DNA of 64,000 nt. Origin: Rebecca billardiae RCC1528. Taxonomy: Eukaryota > Protista > Haptophyta. Of this stretch, positions 46,120 through 56,360 are shown one piece after another. The notes beneath the pieces are model-generated. The model did no database searches. It was not told the origin of the DNA and saw only the letters and a list, made by a program, of their open reading frames with translations. Where the stretch lies: assembly GCA_965240325.2 (NCBI GenBank), contig OZ251239.1:1602845-1666844 (forward strand), in the 5' to 3' direction. Within the stretch, counting starts at the first letter, position 1, and the number at the start of each line of letters is the position of its first letter. The translations under genes and the position numbers were made by a program.

Positions 46120-47837
46120 CTAGGGCGCGCTGAAGCCCTGCGGCAGCCCCGCCTCGTTCTGCAGCATCTGCTCCAGCGTCTGCCGCGCGCGCACGACGTG
46201 CGGCTCTCCGTCCGCGTCGAGCAGCACCTCGGCGCACTCGGGGAACGCGTTGTAGTTCTTCGCCGCCATGCCTGGGCGCGGCGCGCGCAGGGAGGGGGGG
46301 GGGGGGGAGTGGGCGCGCGCGCGGGGGGGGGGGGGGGGGTGCGCGCGCGGGGCGCGCGCGCACACCCGCGCAGTAGGCGCCCGCGCCGTCGACGACGACG
46401 AGGTCGCCGAGCTGCGGCTGGCGCAGCGCGCGCCGCTCGAGCGTCTCCGCCTCGCCCGGCGCGCAGGTGAGCAGGTCGCCCGACTCGCAGCAGTGGCCCG
46501 AGACGATGTACTCGCGCACCGGCGCGGCCGCGTCCGCGGGCAGCGTCGCGATCGGGTGCCGCGCGCCGTACAGCGAGGGGCGCAGCAGCTCGGTCATGCC
46601 GGTGTCGAGCTTGAGGAAGTGGTGGCCCTGCGCCCCGGTCGAGGTCGCGTCCTGCACGCGCGCGAGGATGGCGCCCGCGTTGCACACGAGGAAGGTGCCC
46701 GGCTCGATCTCGAGGTGGAGCGCGCGGCCGTGCTCCTGCGCGAACGCCTCGAACGCCGCCTTGACGGGCACGCCCACCGTCGCCATGTCCGTCGACGCCT
46801 CGCCCGGCACGCGCCCCACCTTGAAGCCGCCGCCCAGGTTGACCGTCGCCACGTCCGGCAGCTGCGCGGCCAGGCCGAGGGTGAGCTCGGCGACGGCCTG
46901 CCACACCGCGGGGTCGGAGCCGCTGCCGATGTGCGTGTGCACGCGCTCGCACGTCAGCCCGTGCTCCGCCAGCGCCGCCTGCGCCTCGGGCAGCAGCTCG
47001 TGCCAGATGCCGAACGAGGACGAGGGGCCGCCCACGTTGGTCTGGGGCAGGGGGCAGCACAGGGGCCAGCACAGGGGGCAGCACAGGGGGCAGCACAGCA
47101 CAGCGCAGCACAGCGCAGCACAGCGCAGCACAGCGCACACCGACCGCACACCAACCGCAGAGGGAAGGCAGGAGCGCGCGTGAGCGCGCGGGCGCGGGCG
47201 CGCGCGCGCGCGCGCGGCGCGGCGCGGCGCGGCGAGGGGCAGCGCGCACCTTGCCCGTGCCGCCCGAGCCCACGCCCGGGTTGATGCGCAGCCCGACGCG
47301 CGCCCCGGCGCACGCCTGGCCGTACGCGCGCAGCTGCGGCACCGAGCACGCGTTCACCTTCACGCCGAGGCCGACGATCTCGGCGAGCTCGGCGCCGGTG
47401 GGCAGCTCCTGCGAGGAGAGCGAGATGTGCGCCGCCGGGATCCCCGCGAGCATCGCGCGGCGCACCTCGTGCACCGAGCTCGCGTCGATCTGGACGCCGA
47501 GATTGGACAGCAGCTGCAGCAGCGCGCGGTTGGGGCACGCCTTCATGGCGAAGCGGACGGTGAGGCCGTGCGCGTTGGGGAAGGCGAGCGCGGTGCGCGC
47601 CTGCGCCACGATCGACTTGGCGTCGTACACGTAGCACGGCGTGCCCGCCAGCGCCGCCACCTTGGCCGCGGTCGGCAGGTCGAGGAAGTTGGGCGTGTGC
47701 ACCGGCAGCGCGGACGCGCGCGCGCCGCAGCGCGGCGAGGCGGGCGCGGCGGCGGCCCGCGGCGCGCGGGCGGCGCGGTGGTGCGGCGGCGAGAAGGCGA
47801 GGAGCGCGGCGGTCAGCGCGGCGGCGGCGAGCGGCAT
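46120..47837 (-). CDS. lysA: Diaminopimelate decarboxylase with probable plastid-targeting leader; introns 47042-47249 and 46272-46365
   Basis: GTPCYVYD, PLP lysine in FAMKAC, LRINPG, HTHIGSG, NLGGGF, IEPGTFLV, LLRPSLYGA, CCESGD and GAYCAGM.AKNYN. The signal peptide ends LLA-F and is followed by an Arg/Ala/Pro transit-like region. Confidence 0.95.
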
Positions 47838-48078
47838 GGCGAGCGGCGCGTCGTCGGTCGTGCGGCGCGGCGCGGCCGTGCAGGCCGATGCAGCTTTTTC
47901 CCGAATATCCGCTCGGCCACGCGGACAAGTCTGCGGCCGGGCAAACTCGCGAGCGGCACCCCGGTGAGTTTCATGCTTTCATTTTCAATTTGCGCTGCGT
48001 GTGTTTTTTCGCCGGCCCCTCGGGCGGGGTGCATTTTCGCGCGATAGCTTCGGGATCGTCGGCGCGCGCGGGTGCGCG

Positions 48079-48442
48079 ATGTCCGCGCTCGGCCTGCTGC
48101 TCAAGGCGGCGCAGGACTGCCTCGAGCCGCCGTCGACGAGCGTGGGGCGGTACACGAACGACTTTGAGCTCGTCGTGCGCGCGTCCAAGGAGCTCGAGGA
48201 CGTGCTCGAGAAGCGCTTCGGCGCGCCAGACGGCAAGGACTCGGGGCTGCACGACAAGATCAGCGCCGCGCGCACGCCCGACGGCGAGCCGCTACCCGAC
48301 GCGCTCATTCGGCGCATGCGCTTCGTCGTGACGGTGCGCAACAAGCTCGTCCACGAGCGCGAGTTCAACGCGCTCGAGGACCGCGCGGGCTTCGTCGAGG
48401 CGTACGACGCGATCGCGGCCGAGCTCGAGCAGCTCGCGCCGT

Positions 48443-48474
<32 letters not shown>

Positions 48475-48489
48475 TGCGCCGTCATGTGA
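48079..48489 (+). CDS. HEPN-superfamily (DUF4145-like) protein with C-terminal CaaX box, 136 aa
   Basis: All-helical-looking domain ELVVRASKELE..LE..F...GLHDKI...VTVRNKLVHE with an RxxxxH motif (48337-48354). Poly-Gly linker, then CAVM-stop. Confidence 0.75.
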
Positions 48490-48727
48490 GTGCTCGCCGC
48501 CGGGCGCGCGCGGGTGGGCGCGGCCGCCGCGCGCCTCCGCGGAGCCTCGCGGCCGGGGATACTGCAGGCCCTGGCCGCTCCCCGGACCATCTGGTCCTAT
48601 AGTCGACACTGTCGACACTATGAGACTTGGCATCCGCGCCGTTTCAGTATCTCCGTGCTATCGTTAGTACGTTACACGTCATCAAATAACGTCGGCTCGC
48701 GAAGGGGCGCGCCTGTTGGAGCAGTCC

Positions 48728-49429
48728 ATGGCCGCACGGGGCGACGGCGGCGCGGCGGCGGCCGCGGCGCTCGAGCTCGCCGCGGCGCGCCCGCTGCTCG
48801 CCGACGCGCCGGCCGCGCGCAGGCCGCCGGCTGCGCGCAGGCGCTGCGCGCTCGCCGCCGCGTGCGCGGCCGCGCTGCTGCTGTGCGCGGGCGGCGCCCT
48901 CGCGTACGTGCTGGTGAGCGTCGAGGCGCGCGCGGCCGGCGCGCGCGCCGCGCCGGCGGGCAGCGTGGGCGCGTGGACGAACGACTTTGAGCTCACGGTG
49001 CGCGCGACCAAGGGCCTCGAGCACGCGCTCGAGGCGCGCTTCGGCGCGCCGGACGACAAGGCCACCGGGCTGCAGGGCAAGATCAGCGCCGCGCGAACGC
49101 CGGCGGGGCGGCCGCTGCCCGACGCGCTGACGCGGCGCATGCGGTACCTCGCGACGGTGCGCAACCAGCTCGTGCACGAGCCGGGCGTGGACGCGCTGCC
49201 CGACCGCGGCGCGTTCGTGCAGGCGTGCGACGCCGTCAACGCCGAGCTCGAGCGGCTCGCGCGCGGCGACGAGGCGGACGACGACGACGACGACGACGAC
49301 GACGACTCGTCCGGCGGCGGTGGCGGGTGGGCGGCGGGCGAGGGCAGCCCCGGTCGGGTCGCCCCGGCCGGGCGCGCGTCCCGAGCCGCGGCGGCGCAGC
49401 ACCCGCTGGGCCCTGGCCCGCGGCGGTGA
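48728..49429 (+). CDS. HEPN-superfamily (DUF4145-like) paralogue with N-terminal TM anchor and poly-Asp tail, 233 aa
   Basis: Clear paralogue of 48079..48489 (SVGAWTNDFELTVRATKGLE...ATVRNQLVHE; RxxxxH at 49160-49177). RRR precedes the hydrophobic CALAAACAAALLLCAGGALAYVLVSV. Confidence 0.75.
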   Translation: MAARGDGGAAAAAALELAAARPLLADAPAARRPPAARRRCALAAACAAALLLCAGGALAYVLVSVEARAAGARAAPAGSVGAWTNDFELTVRATKGLEHALEARFGAPDDKATGLQGKISAARTPAGRPLPDALTRRMRYLATVRNQLVHEPGVDALPDRGAFVQACDAVNAELERLARGDEADDDDDDDDDDSSGGGGGWAAGEGSPGRVAPAGRASRAAAAQHPLGPGPRR

Positions 49430-49527
49430 CACGCACTGTGACGACGCAGCGTCGTCGACTGCTCGTCGCGTATTTTGACGAATTACTCTGCGGACCCATG
49501 CATAAAAAGCAAGGCACATCGGGCACG

Positions 49528-50493
49528 ATGGCGGCGACGCGCACGCTTTTGCTGCCGGCGGCGGCGCTCATCGTCACGGCGGCGGCGGCGGCGCGCGCGG
49601 ACGGCGCGCGCCCCGCGCCCGGCGCGCGGCTCGCCGCGTGCCGCTGGTCCGCCGGGCTGCGCGCGCTCGAGTCGGAGCGGCTCGACTGCGCGTTCCACGA
49701 CCCGCTCGCGCGCGCGCTCGCGCGCGGCGTGCCGTACCGCGAGGAGGCGCGGCCGCCGCGCGGGCAGGTGGGGCCGGTCGTGGCGCGCGCGATGATGATC
49801 GACGCGGCCGTCGCGCGCGCCACGCGCGCGGCGCACGGCCCCAAGCAGGTCGTGCTGCTCGGCGCGGGGTGCGACACGCGCGCGCAGCGGCTGCGCCACC
49901 TGCCGGGCGTGCGCTTCTTCGAGGTGGACGGCGCCGCGGCGCTGCGGCGGAGGCGCTGGCTGCTCGGGCGCGCGGAGCCGCGCGACGCGGGCCGCGCCTG
50001 CCTCGACCTCGGCCGGCGGCCCGAGCGGCTGCTGCCCCGGCTCGCGCGCTGCGGCCACGCGCGGACCGCGCCGACCGTGTGGGTGGCGGAGGGCGCGCTC
50101 ACCCAGCTGCCGCCCGGCAGCGCGCGCGCGCTGCTCGACGCGCTGCCGGCCGAGCCGCCGGGGAGCCGTGTGGTGTGCGCCGTGCCCAACCGGCGCATGC
50201 GCACGCCGCCGCGCGGCGCCGCGCGCGCGCTGCTCGCGCGCGCCTCGCCGAGCGCGCGCGCGCTGCTGGGCGCGTGCGCGACCGACGCGCAGCAGCTGCG
50301 CGAGCAGCTGCCGCCGCACTGGCGCGTCGCCAGCGCCGCGCGCACGTTCACGCGCGGCGGGCTGCGCCGGTACGGGCTGCTCGACCGGCGCGCGGGCGTG
50401 GCGCGCGTGCACCGCGCGGGCGGCCTCGCGCGCGCCGTGCGGCGCGGCGGCACCGAGGTGGTGCTCGAGCTCACGCCCGCGCGGCGCGCCTGA
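49528..50493 (+). CDS. SAM-dependent methyltransferase, LCM/mycobacterial ML2640-like family, with N-terminal signal peptide
   Basis: AGLRALESER...FHDPLARALA, VARAMMID, QVVLLGAGCDTRAQRL, FFEVD and PTVWVAEG. Confidence 0.85.
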   Translation: MAATRTLLLPAAALIVTAAAAARADGARPAPGARLAACRWSAGLRALESERLDCAFHDPLARALARGVPYREEARPPRGQVGPVVARAMMIDAAVARATRAAHGPKQVVLLGAGCDTRAQRLRHLPGVRFFEVDGAAALRRRRWLLGRAEPRDAGRACLDLGRRPERLLPRLARCGHARTAPTVWVAEGALTQLPPGSARALLDALPAEPPGSRVVCAVPNRRMRTPPRGAARALLARASPSARALLGACATDAQQLREQLPPHWRVASAARTFTRGGLRRYGLLDRRAGVARVHRAGGLARAVRRGGTEVVLELTPARRA

Positions 50494-51009
50494 GCCGATC
50501 CCTCCCTCCGACTGGCCCGCGGTGGTCAGCACGCGGAGCGCGCGCCGACGACGGCGCCGTCGTTCCCTGGCGACGCGACGACGCTGGCGCCGCCATGAGC
50601 GGCCGCCGATGCAAGCCCCCGTCAGCGGGCCACCCGTTCCGACTGTTGGCGCGCAAATTACGATGACGCTGCAATTACGAATTGATAAAGCACAAACCGT
50701 ATACCCGCATGTATATCAAATTCTCGTTGGAGTACGGTGTTAGGTCGCCGACGGTCATTATCATATATGATTTACGGTTGCATAAGTGGCTATTAGCGGC
50801 CTGAAAAAGCCTCCGGGTTTAGACCAGGTGATGACGCCACGTCGTTCGGACGCGATGGGCTGGACGATGGGCCGACGGCGCGTGGTGCCAGTTCTCCAGC
50901 CATCATTTTGCCTCCGAACAGGCACGCACGCCGCTGCACCACCACCCTGCGCGTCCGAACGTTGGGCACAACACCGAACATCACGACGAGCGTCCAGACG
51001 GGCGCGCCG

Positions 51010-53082
51010 ATGCCGCGCCAGGGCTCGCGCGGCCATCGCGGCCGGCGGCACTCTGACGAGCCCGCGTACCACCGCGGCGCGCGGCCGTGCGCCGAGCCGG
51101 CGCGCGCCGGCGGCGCGGACGACGAGGCCGAGCCGCTCGCGCCGCCGGCGGCCGCGGCGCTGCGGTGGGACGGCGAGCTGCGCGACCGCGCGCTCGAGGC
51201 GGCGTACCGCCGCGAGGAGGCGCGCCCCCCCGCGCTCGGGCGCTGGGCGCTGGGCGCGGCCGCGTGCCGGCTCGTCGCGCCGGGCGCGCTCGCCGGCCCC
51301 GGCGCCGCCGTGGCCGTCGGCGTCCACCTCGGCGGCGCGGCGCTCGCGGCGCGGCGTGGCGCCCCGCCGTGGTGCGCCGAGGCGCTGCTCGCGCTCGGCC
51401 ACGCGCTCCTCGCCGCCGCGGCCGTCCTGCAGCGCGGCGCGCCGCCGGCGGAGCGGCTGCTGTCCGGCGCGCTGTGCGCGGCGCTGCTGCCGCTCTGCGC
51501 GCCGCCGCCGCGCGCGGCGCTGCTCGCGCCCGCGCTGCTCGCGCCCGGCCTGCTCGCCGTCGCCGACGCCGCCGCGCCCGGCGGCGACGCCTCGCTGCGC
51601 GGCGCGCTGCTCCTGCTCGCGACGTGCGGCGCGCTGCTGGGCGCGCACGTGCGGCTGGGCGCCGCGCGCCGCGCCGCCTTTTGCGCGCGGCGCGAGGCGG
51701 CGGCCGAGCTGCGGGCGCGCGCGGCCGAGGCGGCGCGGCGCGCGCGCTCGCGGCTCATCCGGTGCGCGATGCACAGCCTGCGCTCGCCGCTGCTCTCGGC
51801 GAGCCAGCTGGCCGACGGGCTCGCGTCCGACGGCGACGGCGCGCCACCGAGCGCGGACGACGCGCGCGAGAGCGCGCGCGGGCTGCGCGCGTGCATGGCG
51901 CGCATGCAGCGCGTGGTGGACGAGCTGCTCGCGTTCGAGCAGCTCGACGCGGGCCGGCTGCGGCTGTGCGCGGCGCCGCTCTCGGTGGGCGCGCTGCTCG
52001 AGGGCGCGCTGCGCGAGCACGGCGCGCGCGCGGCGGCCAAGGGCGTGGCGCTGCGCGCCGAGCCGCTGCCGCGCGCGCTGCGCGGCTCCGAGCACGTGGG
52101 CGACGCGCGCCGGCTGCGGCAGTGCCTCGACCACGGCGTGGCCAACGCGGTGCGCGCGCGGCCCTACGCGCGCGTGCGCGCGCGGCCCTACGCGCGCGCG
52201 CGCGGTGGCGGCGGCGGCGCACAGCTCACGCGCGCCCTGCCCCGCCTCGCCCCGCCTCGCCCCCCGCAGCTCGAGTTCACCGAGGCCGGCGGCAGCGTCA
52301 CGCTGCGCGCCGCCGCGCGCGCCGGCAAGGCGGGCGACTGCGTGTGCGTCGAGGTGGTGGACACGGGCTGCGGGCTGAGCGCGGCCGAGCTGCGCGCGCT
52401 GCGCGACGCCGAGCCCTTCTCGCGCGTGGGGCGCGGCCAGCTGCGCGGCAGCGCAGGCGCCGGGCTCGGGATCGCCGTGGTGCGCCGGCTGCTCGCGCTG
52501 CACGGCGGCTGCCTCCGCGTGCACTCGGACGGGCCGGGCCGAGGCGCGACGTTTGGCATGCACCTCGTGCTGCCGCGCGCCGAGGCGGCGGCGGAGGCCG
52601 GCGCCGCGCCCGCGCCGAGCCCGCCGGCGCGGCTGCGCTTCCCGGCGGACTTTCGAGTCCTGTACGCGGAGGACGACGCGCTGCTGCGCCGCACGGTGCA
52701 GCTCAAGGTGCTGCACCGGCTCGGCGTGCCGCACGACGTGGCGGAGGACGGCGCGGCCGCGCTGCGGCTCGCGGCCGCCTATGCCTACTCGCTCGTGCTG
52801 CTCGACAACCAGATGCCGACCGTCACGGGCGAGCAGGCGGCGCGCGCGCTGCGCGCGCGCGGGTACGACGGGCTGATCGTCGGCATGACGGGCGACCCGA
52901 GCGGCTGCGCCGAGCGCGAGGCGTTCGAGGCCGCCGGGCTGGACGCGTGCCTCGACAAGGACAGCGCGGGCGTGCGCGCGCTCGTCGCCGCGCTCGAGCG
53001 GTGCGCGCAGCCGCCGCCCGCCGCCGACGCCGACGGGCGGGCGGCCGAGGACGAGGCGAGCAAGGCGGGCGGCGGCGGCTGA
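51010..53082 (+). CDS. Membrane hybrid sensor histidine kinase (TM region, HisKA, HATPase_c, receiver); in-frame intron 52150-52269
   Basis: H-box MHSLRSPL, N-box GVANA|LEFT, G1 VVDTGCG, G2 GAGLGIAVV..L..LHGG. Receiver VLYAEDD...LVLLDNQMP...VGMTG...LDK. Confidence 0.9.
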   Translation: MPRQGSRGHRGRRHSDEPAYHRGARPCAEPARAGGADDEAEPLAPPAAAALRWDGELRDRALEAAYRREEARPPALGRWALGAAACRLVAPGALAGPGAAVAVGVHLGGAALAARRGAPPWCAEALLALGHALLAAAAVLQRGAPPAERLLSGALCAALLPLCAPPPRAALLAPALLAPGLLAVADAAAPGGDASLRGALLLLATCGALLGAHVRLGAARRAAFCARREAAAELRARAAEAARRARSRLIRCAMHSLRSPLLSASQLADGLASDGDGAPPSADDARESARGLRACMARMQRVVDELLAFEQLDAGRLRLCAAPLSVGALLEGALREHGARAAAKGVALRAEPLPRALRGSEHVGDARRLRQCLDHGVANAVRARPYARVRARPYARARGGGGGAQLTRALPRLAPPRPPQLEFTEAGGSVTLRAAARAGKAGDCVCVEVVDTGCGLSAAELRALRDAEPFSRVGRGQLRGSAGAGLGIAVVRRLLALHGGCLRVHSDGPGRGATFGMHLVLPRAEAAAEAGAAPAPSPPARLRFPADFRVLYAEDDALLRRTVQLKVLHRLGVPHDVAEDGAAALRLAAAYAYSLVLLDNQMPTVTGEQAARALRARGYDGLIVGMTGDPSGCAEREAFEAAGLDACLDKDSAGVRALVAALERCAQPPPAADADGRAAEDEASKAGGGG

Positions 53083-53623
53083 CGCGGCGCGCCAGCAGCC
53101 TGGCGGCTGGTGGTAGCAGTCGTTCGTTATGTGCTCGCGCGGTACGGCGGTCGTCAGAAACTGCTACTCGTCTCAGCAGCAGTTAAGTATGCACCGGCTA
53201 CTACGCTGGCTACTTGCGCGTGAGAGTCAAGAGCCGAGAGTAGCAGACGAGAGTGAGCAGAGACGCGACGAGAGAGATTATACGCTGAGGGTGACGATGA
53301 CTGCGCGACGACTACTACGTGTAGTACTACTCATCATCATGGCCCGCGGTGTAGGGCGGAGCGCGTAGCGTGGTAGGTCCATCAGATTAAATTGATTTTT
53401 GATTTCTTTTCTTTTCATTTTCAGAACTTGTTCGGCGTGTTTTCGCGATCGGCAGATTCCAAATCCGCGCTCGGCTGGCCCCGGCGCGGGAGCGGAGCTC
53501 TGAACGGGGTCGGCGAGGCTGATGGCCCTCGTCGACGGCCGTCCGCTCGCCGTTGGGCGCGCCCACCTCGGCGCAGGCGCCTCGCCGAGCGGCTGGGCGG
53601 CTGCGAACAGGTAGCCATGCTTC

Positions 53624-54943
53624 GTGTGGACCGGGCTCTCGCTGGGAGTCGCTGGCCGGTCGACGCTCGTGCTTCATGATTTGAATATGCGTGCTCAACG
53701 TGTGCTGCCCGCGACCAAGGAGCGCGTCCTAGGAGCACGTGCAGGCGAGCAACGCGGAGACGAACATGCGCAACGCGGTGGGATAGGCATCGGCAACGAC
53801 TCGACGCTGTCTCCTTCCCCACCCGACGCTGCCTTCTCGCCCTCGGACGTGCCCGCGACGCCTCTGCCGCAAGGGCCAGCTACCGCCGACCAACTTGCGG
53901 ACCGCTGTGCCGGGCATGACGAGGTCCAGGGCGCGGCAGATGATGATGCACGCGTGCCCATGGATGTGTGCGACCCGCCCGAGGTCCCCGCCGGCACCGC
54001 CGAGGGGCTCGCCTCCTCCGCGGACGGCCTCGGCTGTGTGCAACCGTGCAGGCCCGAGCTACGGCCTGACGTCAACGTCAGCGCGCAGCAGCTCGAGGAG
54101 ACGGCGGTGGCGGCGCGCGCCATCCACGTGCTGCAGCCCTTGACCGGTCGGTTCGTGGCCGGCACTCGCCCGCGGTACGCATCGGTGCTCAACTTCATGC
54201 TCCTCGACCTCCTCCGCACGCTCATGGACCTCATGCTCGAGAACTTGAAGAAGCACAAGCCGTTGGTCAGAGTGTTCACCCCGGCGTGCGCCCAGACCGC
54301 GCGCGACGGTGGGACGAAGAAGCCCAATGCGCTCGCGCTCGTCTGCGCGGATGCGCTCGGCATCTCGGCGCGCCACGACTCGCCGCTGCTGGAGGTGATC
54401 GGCATCTGGCTGATGACCGTGCACAGGTGGTGGAAGGGCAAGAACAAGGACATGGAGCGCATCCTGAGCCGGAAGCAGGGCGCGTCGGCGGCGGAGAGGA
54501 AGGCGGAGCTGGATGCCGACGACACGTCGCTGGGCGCCGGCGACGACAGCTGCCCCTTCCGCGACCTCTACTCGCCCCCCGACGCCGGCGCGCCGCGCGC
54601 GTCCGCAGCAGGCCGCGTGCAGGTGCTGCTGCACGAGCAGCGCGTGACTCCTGCTGAGCACGCGGTCATCTTGGAGCAGCAGGTGCGCCTGACGGAGCAG
54701 CAGGTGGAGCTGGACTCGTCGCGCAAGGCGACCGCGCGCGCCGTCGCCGACGCTGCGCGCGCCAGCTTGCGCGCCGACGCAACCGAGCGCAGCGCGCGCG
54801 GGGGCACAGATCGCGCTGCGGCCGAGCGGGCTGCCATGGCTGCCGACTGCGTCCAGTTCGAGCGCGAGAGGAGAGCGGCGGAGCTCGAGGGCGAGCGCGC
54901 GGCGAAGCGCGCGCAGTCCGCCGCAGTACCGGTGGACCGGTGA
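53624..54943 (+). CDS. Intronless ORF of unknown function with C-terminal coiled coil (start uncertain; possibly TE-associated)
   Basis: 439-codon ORF with a globular-looking core (YASVLNFMLLDLLRTLMDLMLENLKK, LLEVIGIWLMTVHRWWKG). No family recognised. Confidence 0.45.
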   Translation: MWTGLSLGVAGRSTLVLHDLNMRAQRVLPATKERVLGARAGEQRGDEHAQRGGIGIGNDSTLSPSPPDAAFSPSDVPATPLPQGPATADQLADRCAGHDEVQGAADDDARVPMDVCDPPEVPAGTAEGLASSADGLGCVQPCRPELRPDVNVSAQQLEETAVAARAIHVLQPLTGRFVAGTRPRYASVLNFMLLDLLRTLMDLMLENLKKHKPLVRVFTPACAQTARDGGTKKPNALALVCADALGISARHDSPLLEVIGIWLMTVHRWWKGKNKDMERILSRKQGASAAERKAELDADDTSLGAGDDSCPFRDLYSPPDAGAPRASAAGRVQVLLHEQRVTPAEHAVILEQQVRLTEQQVELDSSRKATARAVADAARASLRADATERSARGGTDRAAAERAAMAADCVQFERERRAAELEGERAAKRAQSAAVPVDR

Positions 54944-56108
54944 CGGCCTCGCGTGGGCTGGGGTACGACGAACGGCGACGACGCCGGTGACACAGAGCAC
55001 GGGCACGGAAGTCGCCGAACGGCCGCGGCAAGCTCGGCGGCGGCGATGACTGCTAGTCTGCGCACGCAAGCGTCGATGGCGGAGGACTCCTTCACGACTA
55101 TGGGGATGGTGGCATGCTCAGAGGTGCGCTTGGTAGTGTGCTTCGGCACGCAGCCCGCCGCCCGCATCAGGTCCGTCCGGGCCTGCTGCGGGACGGTTTG
55201 ACGGTGGCATGAGCCCGCCGTCACTCCGCGCGGCGGCGCGGCCTATTCGGATGACCCAGCACGAATAGTGAACAAGGTACCCCCATATTGACACCACCCT
55301 GAATATATATTTAAAACCCACCCGCATTGTATAATAAACGGGTGGGTAAGTGCATATATACGGGTACATGTCTCTAATTAAATGGGTAACATGCTCGATC
55401 TTGGAGTAGTTTTTCCTCGCCCTCTACGCGCACTCATCGTGCCTACTAAAATTTAGCAAGTCCACCTTAATTTTGTTGGGGCGGGTTGCAACGGTTATGA
55501 ATAAGTAAGTCCGACGACATACCGTCATTTAGCCGCCATAACAAGTCGTTGACGTTTGGCTGAATCTGTATGTGACACAGTGGCGCAGCTGGCGTGCGCG
55601 CACGACCGCGCAACGACGCGCGGAGTCGGTTTTGGGTGCTTCTGACGGCTGGGCTGGGTTCCAGGACATATTTGTGGGTGCCTCCGCAAGCGCCACGCTC
55701 GTCAGACACCTAAATCGCATGGTTGTCGAAAATCACAATTCAGTGGGCTGCTGTCATGGACCCCCTAAGCGTGGAGCCCCGCCGGGGGCCCTCACTACGT
55801 TGTCAAAAAGATCTTATTTTGATCAAAGAAAAGGGGACGGGGGACGATTTTGAGGGGTGTTGGTGGGTGAGTTTTCGCTTTTTCGAGGGGTACGTTGGCC
55901 CATAGTGCTCTGCATTAGCAACTACGCGCTTGACGAAATAAGCGCGCCCACTCCATTCCGCATAAGTCGATGGACGGACGTGGGATCAGATACCCCGGGG
56001 GTGAAACAAGTGCTGAGTATTTTTGTCATTCTTGTATGCTGGAGTACGAGTTTGCCGAGCGACGTTTGATTGTTTTGGGTCGAAAACAGCTATGAGGCCA
56101 GATGCTTC

Positions 56109-56360
56109 TGAATAGCGCTTTGTTTAAACAGCTACCCGCCTGTCTCGATGGATGAACCGCCTTATAATATTAACAGAGACTCTTTTGAATAGCGCTTGTT
56201 CAACTACCACATTACCCGCCTGCCTCGATGGATGAACCGCCTGTGCACTAATGTTAAACGAGATTCTTTGAATGGCGCCTATGGCGGCTTGTTAAAACGT
56301 AACAAGTTATATACCCGCCTACAAACCGGGCCTAAGCGCAATCTTTTGAAAGTGCATGTT
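56109..56360. repeat. Degenerate AT-rich tandem repeat of about 77-83 bp, about 3 copies
   Basis: Units start tgaatagcgc-like at 56109, 56186, 56269 and 56347. The first three share tacccgcct; the first two share ctcgatggatgaaccgcct. Confidence 0.8.
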
